A stretch of DNA of 64,000 nucleotides from Amphiscolops sp. MND2022 (GCA_964187785.1 OZ076409.1:51710001-51774000); one strand, 5' to 3'; shown: positions 36,076 to 50,441, counted from the stretch's first letter. Notes: generated from the letters alone by a model not told the origin. Numbers and translations are program-made.

Positions 36076-36630
36076 GACTGCTTTTGGCATGGGTAGAGTA
36101 GTGCTATCGTTTTTATCTGTTGCAAATAAAGTCCTTGCCGCTACTGGACGTTCTTTTGACGGCGGCTGACTTTGAGACCTGGCTTTTGTTCTTTTTGGCT
36201 GGTTTGTGGAATCGGTTAGGACTCCTGTCACCATGTTACGACATACTATTGGGTCGTTTTGAGTAGAACTTATTCTCACTGATTTTGTGGGAGTATAGAA
36301 ACTTCTGGTTTCCTCTTCTACCTCTTCATCGGTATTTTCCCTAATAATCCCTCTTGTTTCAGGTTTGAGGAGTTTTAACATCTCTTTTTGAGATTCAATA
36401 AGAAGATTCTTAATCTCTGACGTTATTTCTTCCTTCAATGAGGTTCTCAAGCTTTCAAAGAGATTATTTTCAATCCGGGGGGATTTAGGTCTGGAAGGCC
36501 CCGCTACTTCATCGTCCTGATTCAAAGAACAAGGATTTCCTACTACTATGGGTGAAATCAAGCCTTCACTTACGTTCTCACTGGTGCTTTGCTGATCGTT
36601 CTTTCTTTTTTGGCTTCTTGTTGTTGACGT
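36076..36630 (-). pseudogene. gag: Gypsy gag, 5' portion (likely start codon reads ACG)
   Basis: (T)STTRSQKRK...TTLPMPKAV joins in frame to TASLPTFDG at 8235. Confidence 0.85.
36221..36233 (-). promoter_or_regulatory. Candidate primer-binding site TGGTGACAGGAGT immediately after a ...CGTAACA LTR-like end, inside the gag ORF
   Basis: CA|TGG junction; the homologous relic at 57061-57177 stops exactly at CGTAACA. Confidence 0.5.
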
Positions 36631-37758
36631 TTTGTAGAAAAGTTTGATCTTGAAGAATTGTATTCCTTTCAAAGATTTTTCTGAAAAAGTAGAACAAGGT
36701 GAGAGTGAAATTGAAAATTCAACTGAATTATACAATTGCAAAAGACTGAGTCCCTTAATCATCAAATCCTATCATATTTATACCCTCCCAGCATCATTTG
36801 ATCACGAACAAAACCCTAATTTCCCTTGAACAATTAGTCATTTCCTGTATTTTCGATGAAAAAATCATTTTGTTCCCAACTTTACGTCGACATTTCGTCA
36901 ATTTTTGAGACACGATGATCTTCATTTAGTGTTAGTCATCAAATTTGATCATATCATTTCATCTCGGCGTCCTTTTGCTTCCTCCCAAGCAGGAAGTAGA
37001 TATTACTTCAGTCTGTCAAACCGGAAATGCTTCCCTGTTTTACTGCTTTGGTTCGCGGGAAATTGACGCTGAGATGACGCTGACGTGAACAACAAATACC
37101 TGATTTTGAACTTCGCTTTGATAAAAATGCTATGACTAATTCCAAAATAGGAATATTTGAACGATGCTAGGACGATATTTTATGAATTTGGACTCAATCC
37201 TATGCTAGAGATGAGAATGAAATCATGATATGAAAATAATATTTGTTAGCGACTTTGTCATGTCGTGTCAAACACGACAAGATTTACAAAATTAACAGCA
37301 ACGTTTGTTAAATGACAACACCAACATGACGTAAATAACTGGACAGCAACGAATGGATAAATATAGAAAACGTGATTACAGCCACAAAAACAGCGCTCAA
37401 TGTTGTAGAATACGAAAATGCAAAATACATGAAAAATACATTTCTGGTACATAATAAGATTCTAGTTGGAGAGAATAAACTGTGACTTCCTAATTAATCT
37501 ACTGTGGAATCTTGTAATAAGATGGTTTATGCACGGAAGTTCTCTTCTTGTTAAGAATACATGATTGTTACTTAACGTGAGGTTGAAATTATCCTACATG
37601 TGTCAAAACGCATCCTAAATTGGGACCTTAAACCATGGAAAATCGACAATACGTTCATTATACAATTTGCAACAGTCTGCAATTTTCTTTCCTTAAGAAA
37701 TAACGGCTTTTATGCGATGAAAACTTGACTAAATTCAGCAGATTCATTCACTTTATTC

Positions 37759-37906
37759 AATTTCATAAACTTGTCAACGTCATGTTGACGAGTTTTCTTG
37801 ACAGAGTTGAATTTCATAAACTTGTCAACGTCATGTTGACGAGTTTTCTTGGCAGAGTTGAATTTCATAAACTTGTCAACGTCATGTTGACGAGTTTTCT
37901 TGGCAG
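37759..37906 (+). repeat. 51-bp tandem repeat x3
   Basis: AATTTCATAAACTTGTCAACGTCATGTTGACGAGTTTTCTTGRCAG at 37759, 37810 and 37861. Confidence 0.92.
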
Positions 37907-40728
37907 GGCAGAGATTTTGACTAGTTTGACGCAATGCTGCCGAGTATTTTAGAAATGAGTCTCTCGCTAGCTACCGGAGCAGTGACGTCACAGTGGCGGT
38001 AAATTGGAATGGTTTCTAGCAATGCTATTAGTATAGGCGGATAATTGGAATGATTTCCTGGTACGCTTATGCGAGGCAGTGACGTCAATTGGTATGCCTT
38101 CAAACTCGTCTGCGTCTTACTGACGACAAATATACATGTACTCTTGTTTCTTTCGCCGCTTTGTTTACTCAGCGCAGTATTGACGTCCTAAATCACTTTA
38201 ATTGCTGTTCAAAAGAGTAATTAAGCTGTCTTTCTAAGAAAAGGCTTAACTACCACGGTGTGTTGTCTCACTGTAATTTCCTGATTTAGGTCCGAATGAA
38301 ATGTAGTTTCTCGGGATTAGTTTTGATGTATTTTCATTTAGATTAGCTTATGGTCTCTTTATTCTTGGGATAGTTTTATTCTGATTTTCAGGTTGTGAAT
38401 GTTTCATTTGTCGTGGTTGACTCGTCCAGCCAAACATGCGTGAAATCATTTTGGATTATTTTGCTTCCTTATTTCATTTCCGCCCAAATTTGCGCGCGGT
38501 AAATGTGTATTTCACATTTCCGGTACTATTTTATTCGATTTCGTGAGAGCATGAAAAATTTAGAACGCGTTCACTAGTTTTATTTGGGATTTTTGCTAGG
38601 CAAAAGTATTATTGCGTTTCAAGTCACAGTTTATTTAAATTTAGTTAGAGTTTGAGTTAATAGCCAAAATACCTTTTCGTGAGTCTTGCGGTGCACCCAT
38701 GTCCACGCCCAAAACCAACTCTCCTGCATCCGCAATCCAGTCCGGGAGCGGACTGTGACATTGACCCCTAGGGTGAACCTGCGGTTCAGAGTACTGCAAT
38801 AGCGAGAGTCATGTCGATGTGAAAACACCGGAAAAGAGATTGGCCCGGGGAGTACCTGTAGCCTGCCGAGAGAAATCGACACCAAGCATGATCAAAGTGC
38901 AGTTTCTGTTTATCATGCACTACGACACTTTTGCAAGATCATAACTGTTACTTTACACCCATCAAGTGCATTTTGTAAAACCTGATTTATCAGTTGGGCC
39001 CTAAGTTGGTGTCAAACTTGATATGGTGATTGCATTTTATACAGGTGCGATACCGAAAAGTGCTAGAATCTCAGTGCGAAAATGAAACTTTGAGAAATTT
39101 GTCCAAATCATGTTGATTGTCTAAAGTTGCTAATGGTGTTCCAGTGTTACAATCCACTGTTGGTGTGGTATCTAAGGATGCCTGCTAGGATGGAGAAAAA
39201 CTCACATTTTTGGGCAGCAACTTCTTGTTATGCAGCAATATCTATCTAGATTCCGGAAGTACTGTGTTGATGAAACAATACAATGGGATGATGATGAAAC
39301 GTAAACGTCCTTTCTCGTTTGCCGAGGACGTCGAACTACGGCTCGGGGAGGATGTAACGTCAGGCAGCATTCAAACAAAATTTCGTTGAAAAAAAGTGTG
39401 CGATATCAAAAAGGTCAATTCAAAATGGCTGACCTGGCAGGTACAGAAAATCAAAAACGAAGCAGAAAAACGCACACACGACACCCCCACCCCACCACTA
39501 TGTGCAAACAACAAACAGAAAAGAGCCCCAGAAGAAGGAGATGGCAGAGAATTCCAGTGTTGTGCCATCTCAACCCGAAAAATGCTTGGGAAGACTCGAA
39601 AAAGACGTACAACCCATCAATGGACTTTTTCCAGAACTACGAAACCCAGGAGACAGTTTTGGGACAAAAACTGATGTCTAGACCTGTAGTTAGACAACAG
39701 TCTCCTGTTTAAGCATCCTAGGCATTATCCCACTTCTGTGATGTACTCTGCTAGGTGCACATTACATTTGGACGGTTTGCGTATTCATTTCAGCACGGTT
39801 CTCTAAGCAAGTTCGGTTAAGAAAAGTGAACGTCTTCATTGCATACTTGTATATTATAATAAGACTCTATATACCACTTGAAACGAGATTCGGTTCTCAA
39901 TTAAGCCCGTGGTATCACTTGAGCTGTTTCATTTCAAACCAAGCATTTTAGCAACATTGTTTTGTAATTTCATAGACAACCTATATATTTTGTTGCCTTT
40001 CGCGAACAAAGTGCCAAAACATATTTTTTTTTGTCTTTTTGCTTCGTTGGACGTTTAGCAATTTTTTTTGTAATTTTCAATTTTTGAAACATTTAAACTT
40101 TACATTTTTTTCAGAAAAACTGCCCTGAATGCAGAGTTTTGTAGCTCTCATAGTTTCCTGTTTTTGTTGAACTTCCCCCAACTTTTGTGTCTTGGGTCTT
40201 TTATCATAAAGGGGGTGATGGGTTTGAATACAACTTGAGACTAAAATTTTGCGTGTTTGTAAATCTTCATGGGATCAAAGGGTGCAACTTTATTTCATTT
40301 GTATTTGTATTTCCGAATCATTTAGTAATGTTTTCTCTTACACATGTAAATGCTTTTGTATCGGACTAGTAAGTCCGCTCACCCTCTTTGAAGTTGTCGA
40401 CGGTTGCTATAACCTCGACAGTACACCGAGAAGTTGAAAAAGTGACAAAAATAGGGAACATTTTTTCAAAGCCTAATTTCTCCGCGAATAATAGTCAGAG
40501 GATGAATCGGTTTTCTGCTTCTGGAAGCCCTTTGTCTAAGCTTTCAAATGCACATTAGTTAGCCTGGTAGTTGGCGTCACTCACTTTTGGGGTGAGAGCG
40601 CCATCCAGGCAGCGCGGGCCCGCCTTTGCCGGGCTTTCAAATGCCGGTCGAACTTTTCGCTGAAGCTTCATTGAGAAAACTTCTATATGCGGTTTCACTG
40701 ATGGCATACTGTGTTTCTAGAGTGTGAC

Positions 40729-41308
40729 TGTCATGAGCATTAAGACTGTATTGATCGCCATATTGAAGATCTTGGTCCAGCTCACTTCTCATATTGTTTC
40801 TTGTACCAGAATTTCGCGGAACATCGGAATTGACTTCCGGTCTCTCGGACGGGGCGTTCCATGCATTTTTGGTCAGCTGTCCTGAACCGGCCTTAATGAC
40901 ATTTTGAATCTGCGGTAAGACCTGATTACTAATGGCGTCATTGATGGCTCTTTGGATTTGAACACTGACTGAAGTCATCATCTCGTCCATATCTCGAGAT
41001 ATGCGAGAATATAGTGAACTATACAACCTGTTGATTTCAGCACTAGAGTTAGCAGTAACTGAGTCAAAATCGGCATTAATACCAGGGTTGACGGTCCTTG
41101 GGTTTCCATGTATATTTTCCTCACCGTTTTCGGACTCAATGCTAATAACGCTTCCTGGTCTTCTAGACAAATTACTGTTCAAACTTTCATCCCTTTCTCT
41201 TGAATTGAAATGGTTCTCGCCTAGCATTATGTCCAAGATTTCAATGTCTGATAGCATCTCAAGTCCCCTAGACTTTCTAGCTTTGTTCTGTTTTCTAGTA
41301 GAAGGCAT
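40729..41308 (-). pseudogene. gag-like N-terminal ORF relic (MPSTRKQ... family), probably within a solo LTR
   Basis: Homologous by eye to 55532-56155 and 49050-49578 (STRxQK, SDIExLD, ISxxM, AIxxxVxPxI); coding character appears to end at ...CATGACA. Confidence 0.55.
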
Positions 41309-42317
41309 CAAGACAAAACCGGGTTAAATAATGAATTATTCAAAACCGGAAAACAATGCTTTGAAAGGTTTATAACGAACTTGGTATACTAACAAACTGA
41401 ACTTTAGTAGTATTGTAAGAATTGTGTCTTCCCCAGAAAAACTGCTACTACTTATACTCCCTTGGACGTGACATACATTACACAACAACTTTTAAAATGC
41501 ATAAATAACATTACAAAGGCGCCTGACTAGGAATTCGGACAAACATCAAAGCGCTGTCGGAATGTGATTGGCCAGGTCATAAGACCATTCAAATTCCTCT
41601 TTTTGGTATAACGGCAAATTTTTGAAGGTGGCAAAGCACATCAAACCAACGTCATATTGCATATATTTATTTGAAGAATGTCAACTGCTCTGTATTGGCA
41701 CGTGCCTACATAAGCGGGCAAATTTAACAAACAATTAACACCGTTACATGCTACTTCACTTAAGGAATCTCGCCTTATACGGCCATATGACATTTGGGGC
41801 TAGTTGGTGGGAACAGCCAAAGTAGTCCAAAGGACTGGTATTTATCTCGTTATTACTGGTTTAGTATTAATTGCACTGGTTAACTTCGAGAGATTCATGA
41901 ATACTTCCCAATACAAATATAATCTTACATGACATCTAAAACATACAAACATTTTCATTTGGACAATTAATTCGAGAAATAGCCTCAGCCGACCACTTTC
42001 CAATTGCCGCTTTCAACAAAAGCCGACCACTTTCCAATTGTCGCTTTCAACAAAAGCGTCAATCTGTCAAACGGCCTTATTTGGGCAATTAGTTAAATGA
42101 AGCACAATATCACAAAAGGATGCTCAATTAGCACAAGAAGCATAACTAAACTAGTATTGGTTGAATAAATAAGCAATTGGTGAATTATTTTCATTATTCA
42201 GCACAAGACGGTCAAAACCGGCCATTTGATTGAAATGCAAAGTGCGGAGAACAAAGTTATGTCATCTGGCCTTATTCAGCTAAATAATTAAAATTAGTAC
42301 AGCACTATGGAACGAAT

Positions 42318-43091
42318 TGTAACGGCAAGCTGTTATCGGTCGCTTTACGCGTTAACAGAGGTGGAGGAACCTGCAGGAATGGGTGAATTGCTCTGGACAG
42401 GCGCCCATCGCCACAGATCCATTTTGCCTCCAGGGGTGAAATACGTCCCGGGTCCGCGGGTGCTTCGACGAATACTGTCCAACCGGTCCTAGTCTTTGAT
42501 TGCTAATAGTAACGGGCATCTTTCTGACTCTCTAAAGACCACCGCTTAACTAGCATATAAAAACAATGCCAAGAATAAGGTAAATTTCCAGTTCCAGGGT
42601 GACATGTGAATAAGATCTAAAATCGGGGAATAAGATCTAAACTAGCGCTAGCGCTACTGAATACAGCCAAAATCACTGAAAATACATGAAAACAGGCACA
42701 AATATGGCAAACCACACAGCTAAAAAGCTGGGGCGCAGGAGCTCCAAGCACCAAACAAGGACAATTAAGCAAAAAGACTCATTTTACCGGTTTCTTCTAC
42801 ATAGGGTAGCATAATGCTGAAAATCGATAAAAACCGGGGTTAGCACCTCAAAAAGAGTCTATTTTCGGATGTTCTTGCCGTCTCTGGCTTCTGTCATGGC
42901 GGCGCGCCCGTGTTTTTGCTCGTTCTTGCTCTTTGTTGTCGAAGTACCTGCCAATTTCGTGGAAACAGCGAAAAGAGCAATCACATGCTCAGTGCCACGT
43001 CACACATCGGATTAGAAATTTTGACAAACTTTCTGAACATGTCAAAGTTGCAAAATCGGTTGATACTGCTGTACCAGAGCTTGCCGTTACA
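42318..43091 (-). repeat. 3' LTR (774 bp)
   Basis: TGTAACGGCAAGCT...AGCTTGCCGTTACA 14-bp inverted termini. Confidence 0.9.
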
Positions 43092-46000
43092 TCACTCCCC
43101 GGGCTTTATGCATGACGTCCCTGTCATGTGGAGAGGCTGGCATTGAATACATCGCCACATCATGAGTGCAATCCACGGGGGTCTCAAGCTGGTGATGTTG
43201 CAACGGTCCAGTGGCACTGTCATCTCTTGCTGATTGGGCAATCATGAGGTCTTGCTTCTTGCCATCCAGAGACCCTGCATCGTCCAGTAACTGTTGAAAC
43301 AGAGCTAGCTCGAGAGCTAGAAAACCAATACTCAAAAATGCACCTTGAAATTGATCAAATCCAAGATTCCATACATCAATCAAAAAAGCACCACTTTTTG
43401 ATACGAGTTTTCTGCAAGAGTTTGAATAGGATCCTGCTAGCACTTTGGTTTTTGGACGTCTAAAAGTTCTTTTACGGAGCACTCACGCTCCAAAGCGCAC
43501 GTGGTTCTCAGCAAAACATCTTTTCCACGGCAATAAAATTTCAGTTTGCAGCACAGTTAAAAGTTCTTTTCGCTAAGAGTTCTTTTCAGCAGTAAAACCA
43601 CTGTTTAAAAGGAAGACAAGCTGTTTCTTTGATACTTTTTTTTACAGTTCGGCTTGGTTTGGGCAACACGCACTGATGTGCAGCTCCATACCTGTATAGA
43701 GTTCAGTAGCATCTGTCAAGGAGCGCATCAGAAGCAAACTACGAACTGCTCGTAAGAGTAAGCACTGGAGTAAAGCAGACAAAGGTAGATCAAATCTTGC
43801 TATTTGCAGATCAGGAGCGCGCGCGCTCTTCATTTTTCCGGATATCACATTGGAATCTGGAGGAAATTTCTGGAAATCTTGGAAAAAAAAACAAAAATAG
43901 CACCTTTCGGGCGTAGCAATACATGTAGAGTTTTTGGGTTATTTATTGCACTGGGACTCCCCGGGCTTTAATCGTTGAGCACCTTCATTAAAATTAAGAT
44001 AGCAATGACTAACAAAAAATGCGAAGAAAATGCGAGAGGATGGATTGGGCGTGATTGGGCGTTGAAGACACCCCTTCCCCCTTGAAAAGAAGTGGAGTGT
44101 GGTATTTGGACTGGGTAGACATCACCATCCAATAGATACTGATCAAATATCACACGCACAGCAATGAAATAACTTCTGGGAGTTCAAACTAGGGGTTTCA
44201 ACAGGTTTCCAGCACGTAGAACTGGCTTTTTTCCCACTTCCCCAGTTTTCGTCTCGGTGAAACCTTAAACTGAAACAATGACCATGCACGTCCAAGAAGA
44301 GTCGAAATTAGTTCCAAGGGTTGTAGCGTGCTGGAAGGTATACAGCACTTCCGGATTGATGCACTGACCCAAAAAGTGAGTCCAGAATCGGGGTATTAGG
44401 ATCCAGTCACAGGTCAGAGGTTTTCCAGATGTTTTTTGGGTTTTTCAGCTTCACTTGAAAAAAAACTCCAGAGGCTAGCGCTAACGCTAGAAACGCAGGA
44501 TCGATTTCAAAATCAACCACACAATCCCACGTAAGTTGAGGTACAAGGGAGTAATAGCTTATTTGTGCTGAGATAACTGGGAGAAGTTTCAACACAGTAC
44601 AGACGTTCGACATCACTGTGTTCCAATATGCACTGTTCTTCACGTGTCAACCCAGATTCTGGCGATCTGCAAAGAGCGCTCACGCTCGTTTTTTCGGCAA
44701 CAATACGATAAACTTGCACTGGTTACGATGGTTGGCAGCAATTTGGCCCTACTCTTTGAATAAGGTGTTCAGGCAATTCCACAATACTTCGTAGAATTCG
44801 CCTTCTTGCGCACCTTCTTGTGCAGTTTGTTTCAGTCAATTTCTCAACAGATACAGTACCAATTGACCCCAAACTTGGCAGGCGTTGTCAGTGGGCACCA
44901 ACCACGCTGTTAGAATAGTAAAACAGACGCTGGTAGGCTTGCAGGGGGTCTCCTCAAGGATTTGGCCCTCTGCTCGTCTCGGTGAGGACTTACGAAAATT
45001 GATGTTTTTTCAACGTCCAAGATTTTTCAAAACACGTTCTAAGGCTCGTAGGCTGTTCAAATTTGCACCGCGTTTTCCCACAAGCACACTGGGCCAGAGA
45101 ATCAACCTGGTTTAGGTCAAAATGTCTGCAGTCACCCACAGGAAGAATTTCAAAGAATTTTTGGATGTTCCACAAATCGCACCACAACACTCAAGAGGCT
45201 CGTGTGTGCGCTGGAAGCGCCGTATCTAGCCCAAAATTGCCCAGCAGATTTTAGGTACACGTAGGTTTACGAAAATGAACACAGAATTGAGCTGCACCTC
45301 TTCTACACAGTTTCACATAGGTACAGACGTGCGGTACCACTATGTACCAAAATACACTGTTTTTCACGTCTTTTTCAAGATTGCGGTCCACTGGAAGGAG
45401 CTAGCAAGCTCAAAGTCTCTGCAGCAACGTAGGAACTAGCACAGGTTACGATGGTGGGCTGCAATATAGCCCCACCCGTCGGCTAAGGTGTCCGGGTTAC
45501 TCGGAAAAATTAAGAGGAAAATGCCTTTTTGCGCACCTTTTTGGATGCCACGTTTTTGCTATTTTCTCAACAAGTATCACACAAATCGGCACCAAACTTA
45601 GTCGTTAATGCCAGTGGGCACCTACAATGCCACTAAAAGGGTCGAATTGAAGCGCGAGCGCTTATTTGAGGATCGACACACTATGTACGTTGTACACGAA
45701 AAAACACTGTTTTTGACGACTTTTTTTCACAAATTGACCAAGAGGATCACCTCAGAAAGTGATACGGCGGGCAAAATGGGACCAACGTGTTGCCCTACTA
45801 TTCGTAGCACTGGGATAAACCCTCAATTGGTTGTGCCCGTTAGGTATAAGGCACTGACAGTCCTGCAGTTTTGGATTTTTTCGGTCCTCTTACGCTTCTC
45901 TGAAGTCGAAACGTCAGAGAGCTTTTCTCAACTTTGGTGACCGATACGCTCACTAAATTTTCGGCACTAGCGTTAATTTTGGTGGTAGTTACGAAATTGC

Positions 46001-47356
46001 AACCACTTTTTGGCTAGGGTTCAGGAATCGATGACCCGACCCTCGGTTAGAGACAGTCCGGTTTTGTGGAAAATTGATCAAATTCAGTGCGTTTTTCCTT
46101 TTTTCTCAGCACTGAATGAGAGTTTTTACACGCGGTTTTCACCACCACGCGTTATTTTTACTACAAAAACAGAAAATGAGAGCGCGCAGGCTCCCAGGTT
46201 ACGAAAACACTGAGTGCCCTAGAGGTTTTAATGATGTACTCTGGCACTCCTGAAACTGGCCAAAAGTCAAGGTTTTTCGACCTGTTCTCACCAAGAAAAC
46301 GTTACAAACTCTCTTAAATCCTGTTTTCGGTACTGTGGAGTATGCCCCAAACTAATAGCAGCACGGAAGAGGCAATTACATCACAATCCAGCACTCTCCC
46401 AGTGGCATTTCATAGTGGTATTTTGCCATGTTCGCCAAAAACCGGTTTTTTTCATGCAAAATGTGTCTCAAAAAGGTCTCCAACGGCCTTTCTGGTTGTC
46501 ATTACACTATGCAGCATAACCCTCAAGGTTTTGGGCTGCTTCTTATTCATTTTTGCAACTACTGTGGTTAATACTTCGAGCGCTCGCGCTCGTACCAAGA
46601 AAAGTACACAAAAATTCCAAAAATCACGTTTTTGCGACTTTTGCACTAAAAATCGCACTTTTTTCACTGAAAACAGGTGCAAAAGCACACACTGAGCTGC
46701 AACAAAGGAAAACAAGCCTTACCAAACAATTCCCCGTCGAAAAAAGTGTATTTTCAAAATTTTCGCCAACCATGAGCCATTTGAGCGACACTTCTGGTCA
46801 CAGGGGGTACATCTTCACCACGCTTTTTCTCCACATCTAGACCAGATAGAGACACGCAATTTAAACCATTAGCATCGTCTGCTATTGCACTTGCTGTCCA
46901 CCAAAAACCATGCCTCTAGAACGTCTCCACGAGAAATGGGAGTAGGAAGTAGGTAACACACTATTTGACCCCTCTGACGCCTCGCTGGCTCGTGGCTGAC
47001 CATCCACCAGTCACCTTCTTGCATGGCATTAAATGGCTGAAAATACCTCAAAAAACCTGTTAGACACCCGTAGCCACGTGCTACGGCCCTCTACACCTGC
47101 AAAAAGGTACCCGCTGATGGGAACCTTGCAATTTTAGACGATATTTGTCAACAAGTACCTGTTATCAAAACATACCAAAGGTACTCGGAAAAATCCCCTG
47201 AAAGACTGGAAAAACACCAAAATACAACGTCATAACATCTAAAAAATTTGGAAAATTTCTGGGTAAACGTCTCCTTCCAGAGTCCAATCGTTCTTGGCGT
47301 CCAATACCAGGGGGTCGGAAATTTCAAAACCATATAATAGGGCAGTAATCGGAAGC

Positions 47357-47375
47357 GATCCCTCTGTGGTCGCCA
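47357..47375 (-). promoter_or_regulatory. Primer-binding site TGGCGACCACAGAGGGATC (tRNA-Arg-like 3' end)
   Basis: Plus strand ends ...TCCCTCTGTGGTCGCCA, 15 nt from the LTR. Confidence 0.65.
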
Positions 47376-47390
47376 AAAAATGAGGTCTCA

Positions 47391-48172
47391 TGTAACGGCA
47401 AGCTGTTATCGGTCGCTTAACGCGTTAACAGAGGTGGAGGAATCTGCAGGAATGGGTGAATCGCTCGGGACAGGCGCCCATCGCCACAGATCCATTTTGC
47501 CTCCAGGGGTGAAATACGTCCCGGGGCCGCGGGTGCTTCGACGAATACTGTCCAACCGGTCCTAGTCTTTGATTGCTAATATTAACGGGCATCTTTCTGA
47601 CTCTCTAAAGACCACCGCTTAACTAGCATATAAAAACAATGCCAAGAATAGGGTAAATTTCCAGTTCCAGGGTGACATGTGAATAAGATCTAAAATTGGG
47701 GAATAAGATCTAAACTAGCGCTAGCCAAATACTACTGAATACAGCCAAAATCACTGAAAATACATGAAAACAGGCACGAATATGGCAAACCACACAGCTA
47801 AAAAGCTGGGGCGCAGGAGCTCCAAGCACCAAACAGGGACATAAAAGCAAAAAGACTCATTTTACCGGTTTCTGCTACATAGGGTAGCATAATGCTGAAA
47901 ATCGATAAAAACCGGGATTAGCACCTCAAAAAGAGTTTATTTTCGGATGTTCTTGCCGCCGTCTCTGGCTTCTGTCATGGCGGCGCGCCCGTGTTTTTGC
48001 TCGTTCTTGCTCTTTGTTGTCGAAGTACCTGCCAATTTCGTGGAAACAGCGAAAAGAGCAATCACATGCTCAGTGCCACGTCACACATCGGATTAGAAAT
48101 TTTGACAAACTTTCTGAACATGTCAAAGTTGCAAAATCGGTTGATATTGCTGTACCAGAGCTTGCCGTTACA
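47391..48172 (-). repeat. 5' LTR (782 bp)
   Basis: Direct repeat of 42318-43091 with a few substitutions and small indels. Confidence 0.9.
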
Positions 48173-49049
48173 AATGATTGTGATTGGCTAATGTAACGAG
48201 CTCAAGTGACGTCTCCGGAATTAGAGTTTCGTTCACTTGAAATCGTTTCGTGTACGCCGTATAGTTGCATTGCTAATTGTCCAATTACATTAAACGTAAT
48301 ACTGCACCGCCAATTCTAATACTTTTAAACACTCAACTTGGATCTTCTGATTGTGAGCCTTAACAGACTAATTACTGTATATAAAAATGAAAAAATAAAC
48401 AACATCATTAGATACTAAACCATATAAGGAACGATAAGTTAGGGTAAAAAATTCAAGTTTAATATTTTTGATTTTTGGTTAGTAAATTGGGAGAGTGCCA
48501 GACGCTGTCTCTTGTCCATACGCGGTCGTTGCAATTCTAGTGCCGTCACAGGCGGCAGCCTGCGACAGTGACAGTAACTTAGCAATCAGTTGCTGTGTTA
48601 TTGAGAAAAAACTAATTTCTGAAAAGAATCTTTTTGCAATTTTTAACTTTTACTCTAGTTACCTTTTTGCCCGTGTTTCGGAAAATAAACTATTTTGACA
48701 CAAATAACAACTCGCCCCAGGTAGTCCAATAAATTGTTGACGAGAAAAACAAATTTTCGTTTTTCTATATGCTTTTTGCGTTTCGCAATATTTTATTGAT
48801 TGTGAAAAAAATCGCTGTCCTCATTTGAGGACGAAATCACTGTCGAGGATAATTATATTTCCGATGCTTTGAATATTTTTATGACCATTGGAAGTACGAG
48901 TGTCATCCTGGTTTTACAATAAAATAGCCCGAATGGGAGCAATCATTTAAAATGTTACTTTACCTTGATACTAAATAGTAGAAGCAAGGATTTCTTAAAG
49001 GTAAAACAAGAACAATTGAATATTCTTTACTGAACAGTTTTTTGTGCAT

Positions 49050-49578
49050 TCAACTAGAAGACAGAAATCCATAGCAAGGCGCTTCATAGAAACGGACATA
49101 ATGTCCTTTACGAGACATGCTAGACAAGGACAGTTCCAACTCTATCCAGAGAAAGTTAGAAAATGCAATTGGCAGTTTTAGAAGTCAAGGAGACACTGAG
49201 ACCATTACTAGTCATAGATAAAATTCCTCTCAAGAGGATGAGATTAAGAATTTTGCAAACCATGATGAAAATGCTAAACTTGATATGCTCTTGGAGTCAA
49301 TGGAACTACTGTCCGGGGAAATGAAACTCAGACTCTCTCAAGAAATGGACTCACTCATGAGTGTAATTCCTACACCCTTTGATACAGCAGATAATTATGC
49401 AATTAATGACAGGGTAAGTCCTGAGATACAAGACATAGTAGGCACTTTGCCTCCGAGAGAAAACATTTTTGGGACAAGTACGTCCATTTTTCATGAAAGT
49501 CTTGGCGATAAGCTAGATGGGTCAAACGTAAATATATCACAGAATGATTCTAGGATTGCTTTCGACGTTGCTAACTAA
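49050..49578 (+). pseudogene. Degenerate gag-like N-terminal relic
   Basis: STRRQKS...RLSQEMDSLMS...AINDRVSPEIQ resembles 40729-41308. Confidence 0.5.
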
Positions 49579-50441
49579 ACTTCTTACCTCAAATATGTTA
49601 CCTTCATATGAAATCTCAGCGTACGCTTTGACTTGAACAAGAAGTTTTTCAAAAACGTTGCATAGTGCAGAAAAACCGCAAATCTTTTTAGTCGGCGCTT
49701 TTGAAGAAAAAGGCCTGACTCTTACAGTGAGTAGACTTTTTTAAGACACGTAAGGTCCACGCTTTTCATGTGTTCAATTGGAACTCCGGATATCCAAAAC
49801 ATACTTGAAACGTCAGAACCTCGTCTAAAACAAATCCGACGTCCAGAACCGCGAAAACATACTTTGTATTCAAACTTTGGCTATCTCGGTGTTTTTAACT
49901 TAGATTGTTTTCGGAAGTGCACCAAAGAGTCCCCCTTCATATTTTTTGAAATTTTGCAACTGAATGGATGTTTAAAAATCTCAATGGGTCCCCCTTTTAC
50001 ATTTTTCGACGCTGTTCAAAACTCAATTTTCATTTTTTTGAAGATTTTTTCAATGTCTCCCATAGGGTGCCCAAAATGTCTTCTCATGTTTTGCAACAAA
50101 CTGGAGTTTCAAAATGCCCAACGGGTCCCCCATTAACAATTTTAAAAACTTTGCGCTTTTCGAGCCTTAGATATAGCGCCGACTTTTACCGTTCCCTGCT
50201 TGTTCACAAATTTTGAGAGAACTTTCATTAGTTCCACTGGAAGAATTTAAAAGTTTTTTCACACTTTTTAAACTCTTCGATAAAACATGGTGCCAAAAAA
50301 CCCCGAGGGGTCCTCTGTACTCGCCAAACGTTTTTTTTCTGCAAACAATTGATGGGGCTCCGGTAAAAAAAATCAGAAACAAAATCGCATAGTGTCGGAA
50401 AACCACTGAAAGTCTTCCTATACATTTCCAAGCATAAAAAT

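Larger units (their letters stand above)
42318..48172 (-). mobile_element. Non-autonomous LTR retroelement (LARD-like) with a ~4.3-kb non-coding interior
   Basis: Two highly similar LTRs, PBS next to the right LTR, purine-rich tract (CCCGGGGAGTGA on minus) next to the left LTR, no gag/pol motifs; only AAT shared in flanks. Confidence 0.85.

Noticed and set aside
37261..38128. Possible LTR bounded by TGTCGT...ACGACA
   Set aside because: No second copy, no TSD and no clear PBS; not supportable
38720..38880. GC-rich block sharing ~40 bp with the reverse complement of ~53843-53890
   Set aside because: Probably an old dispersed repeat fragment; no boundaries or family assignable
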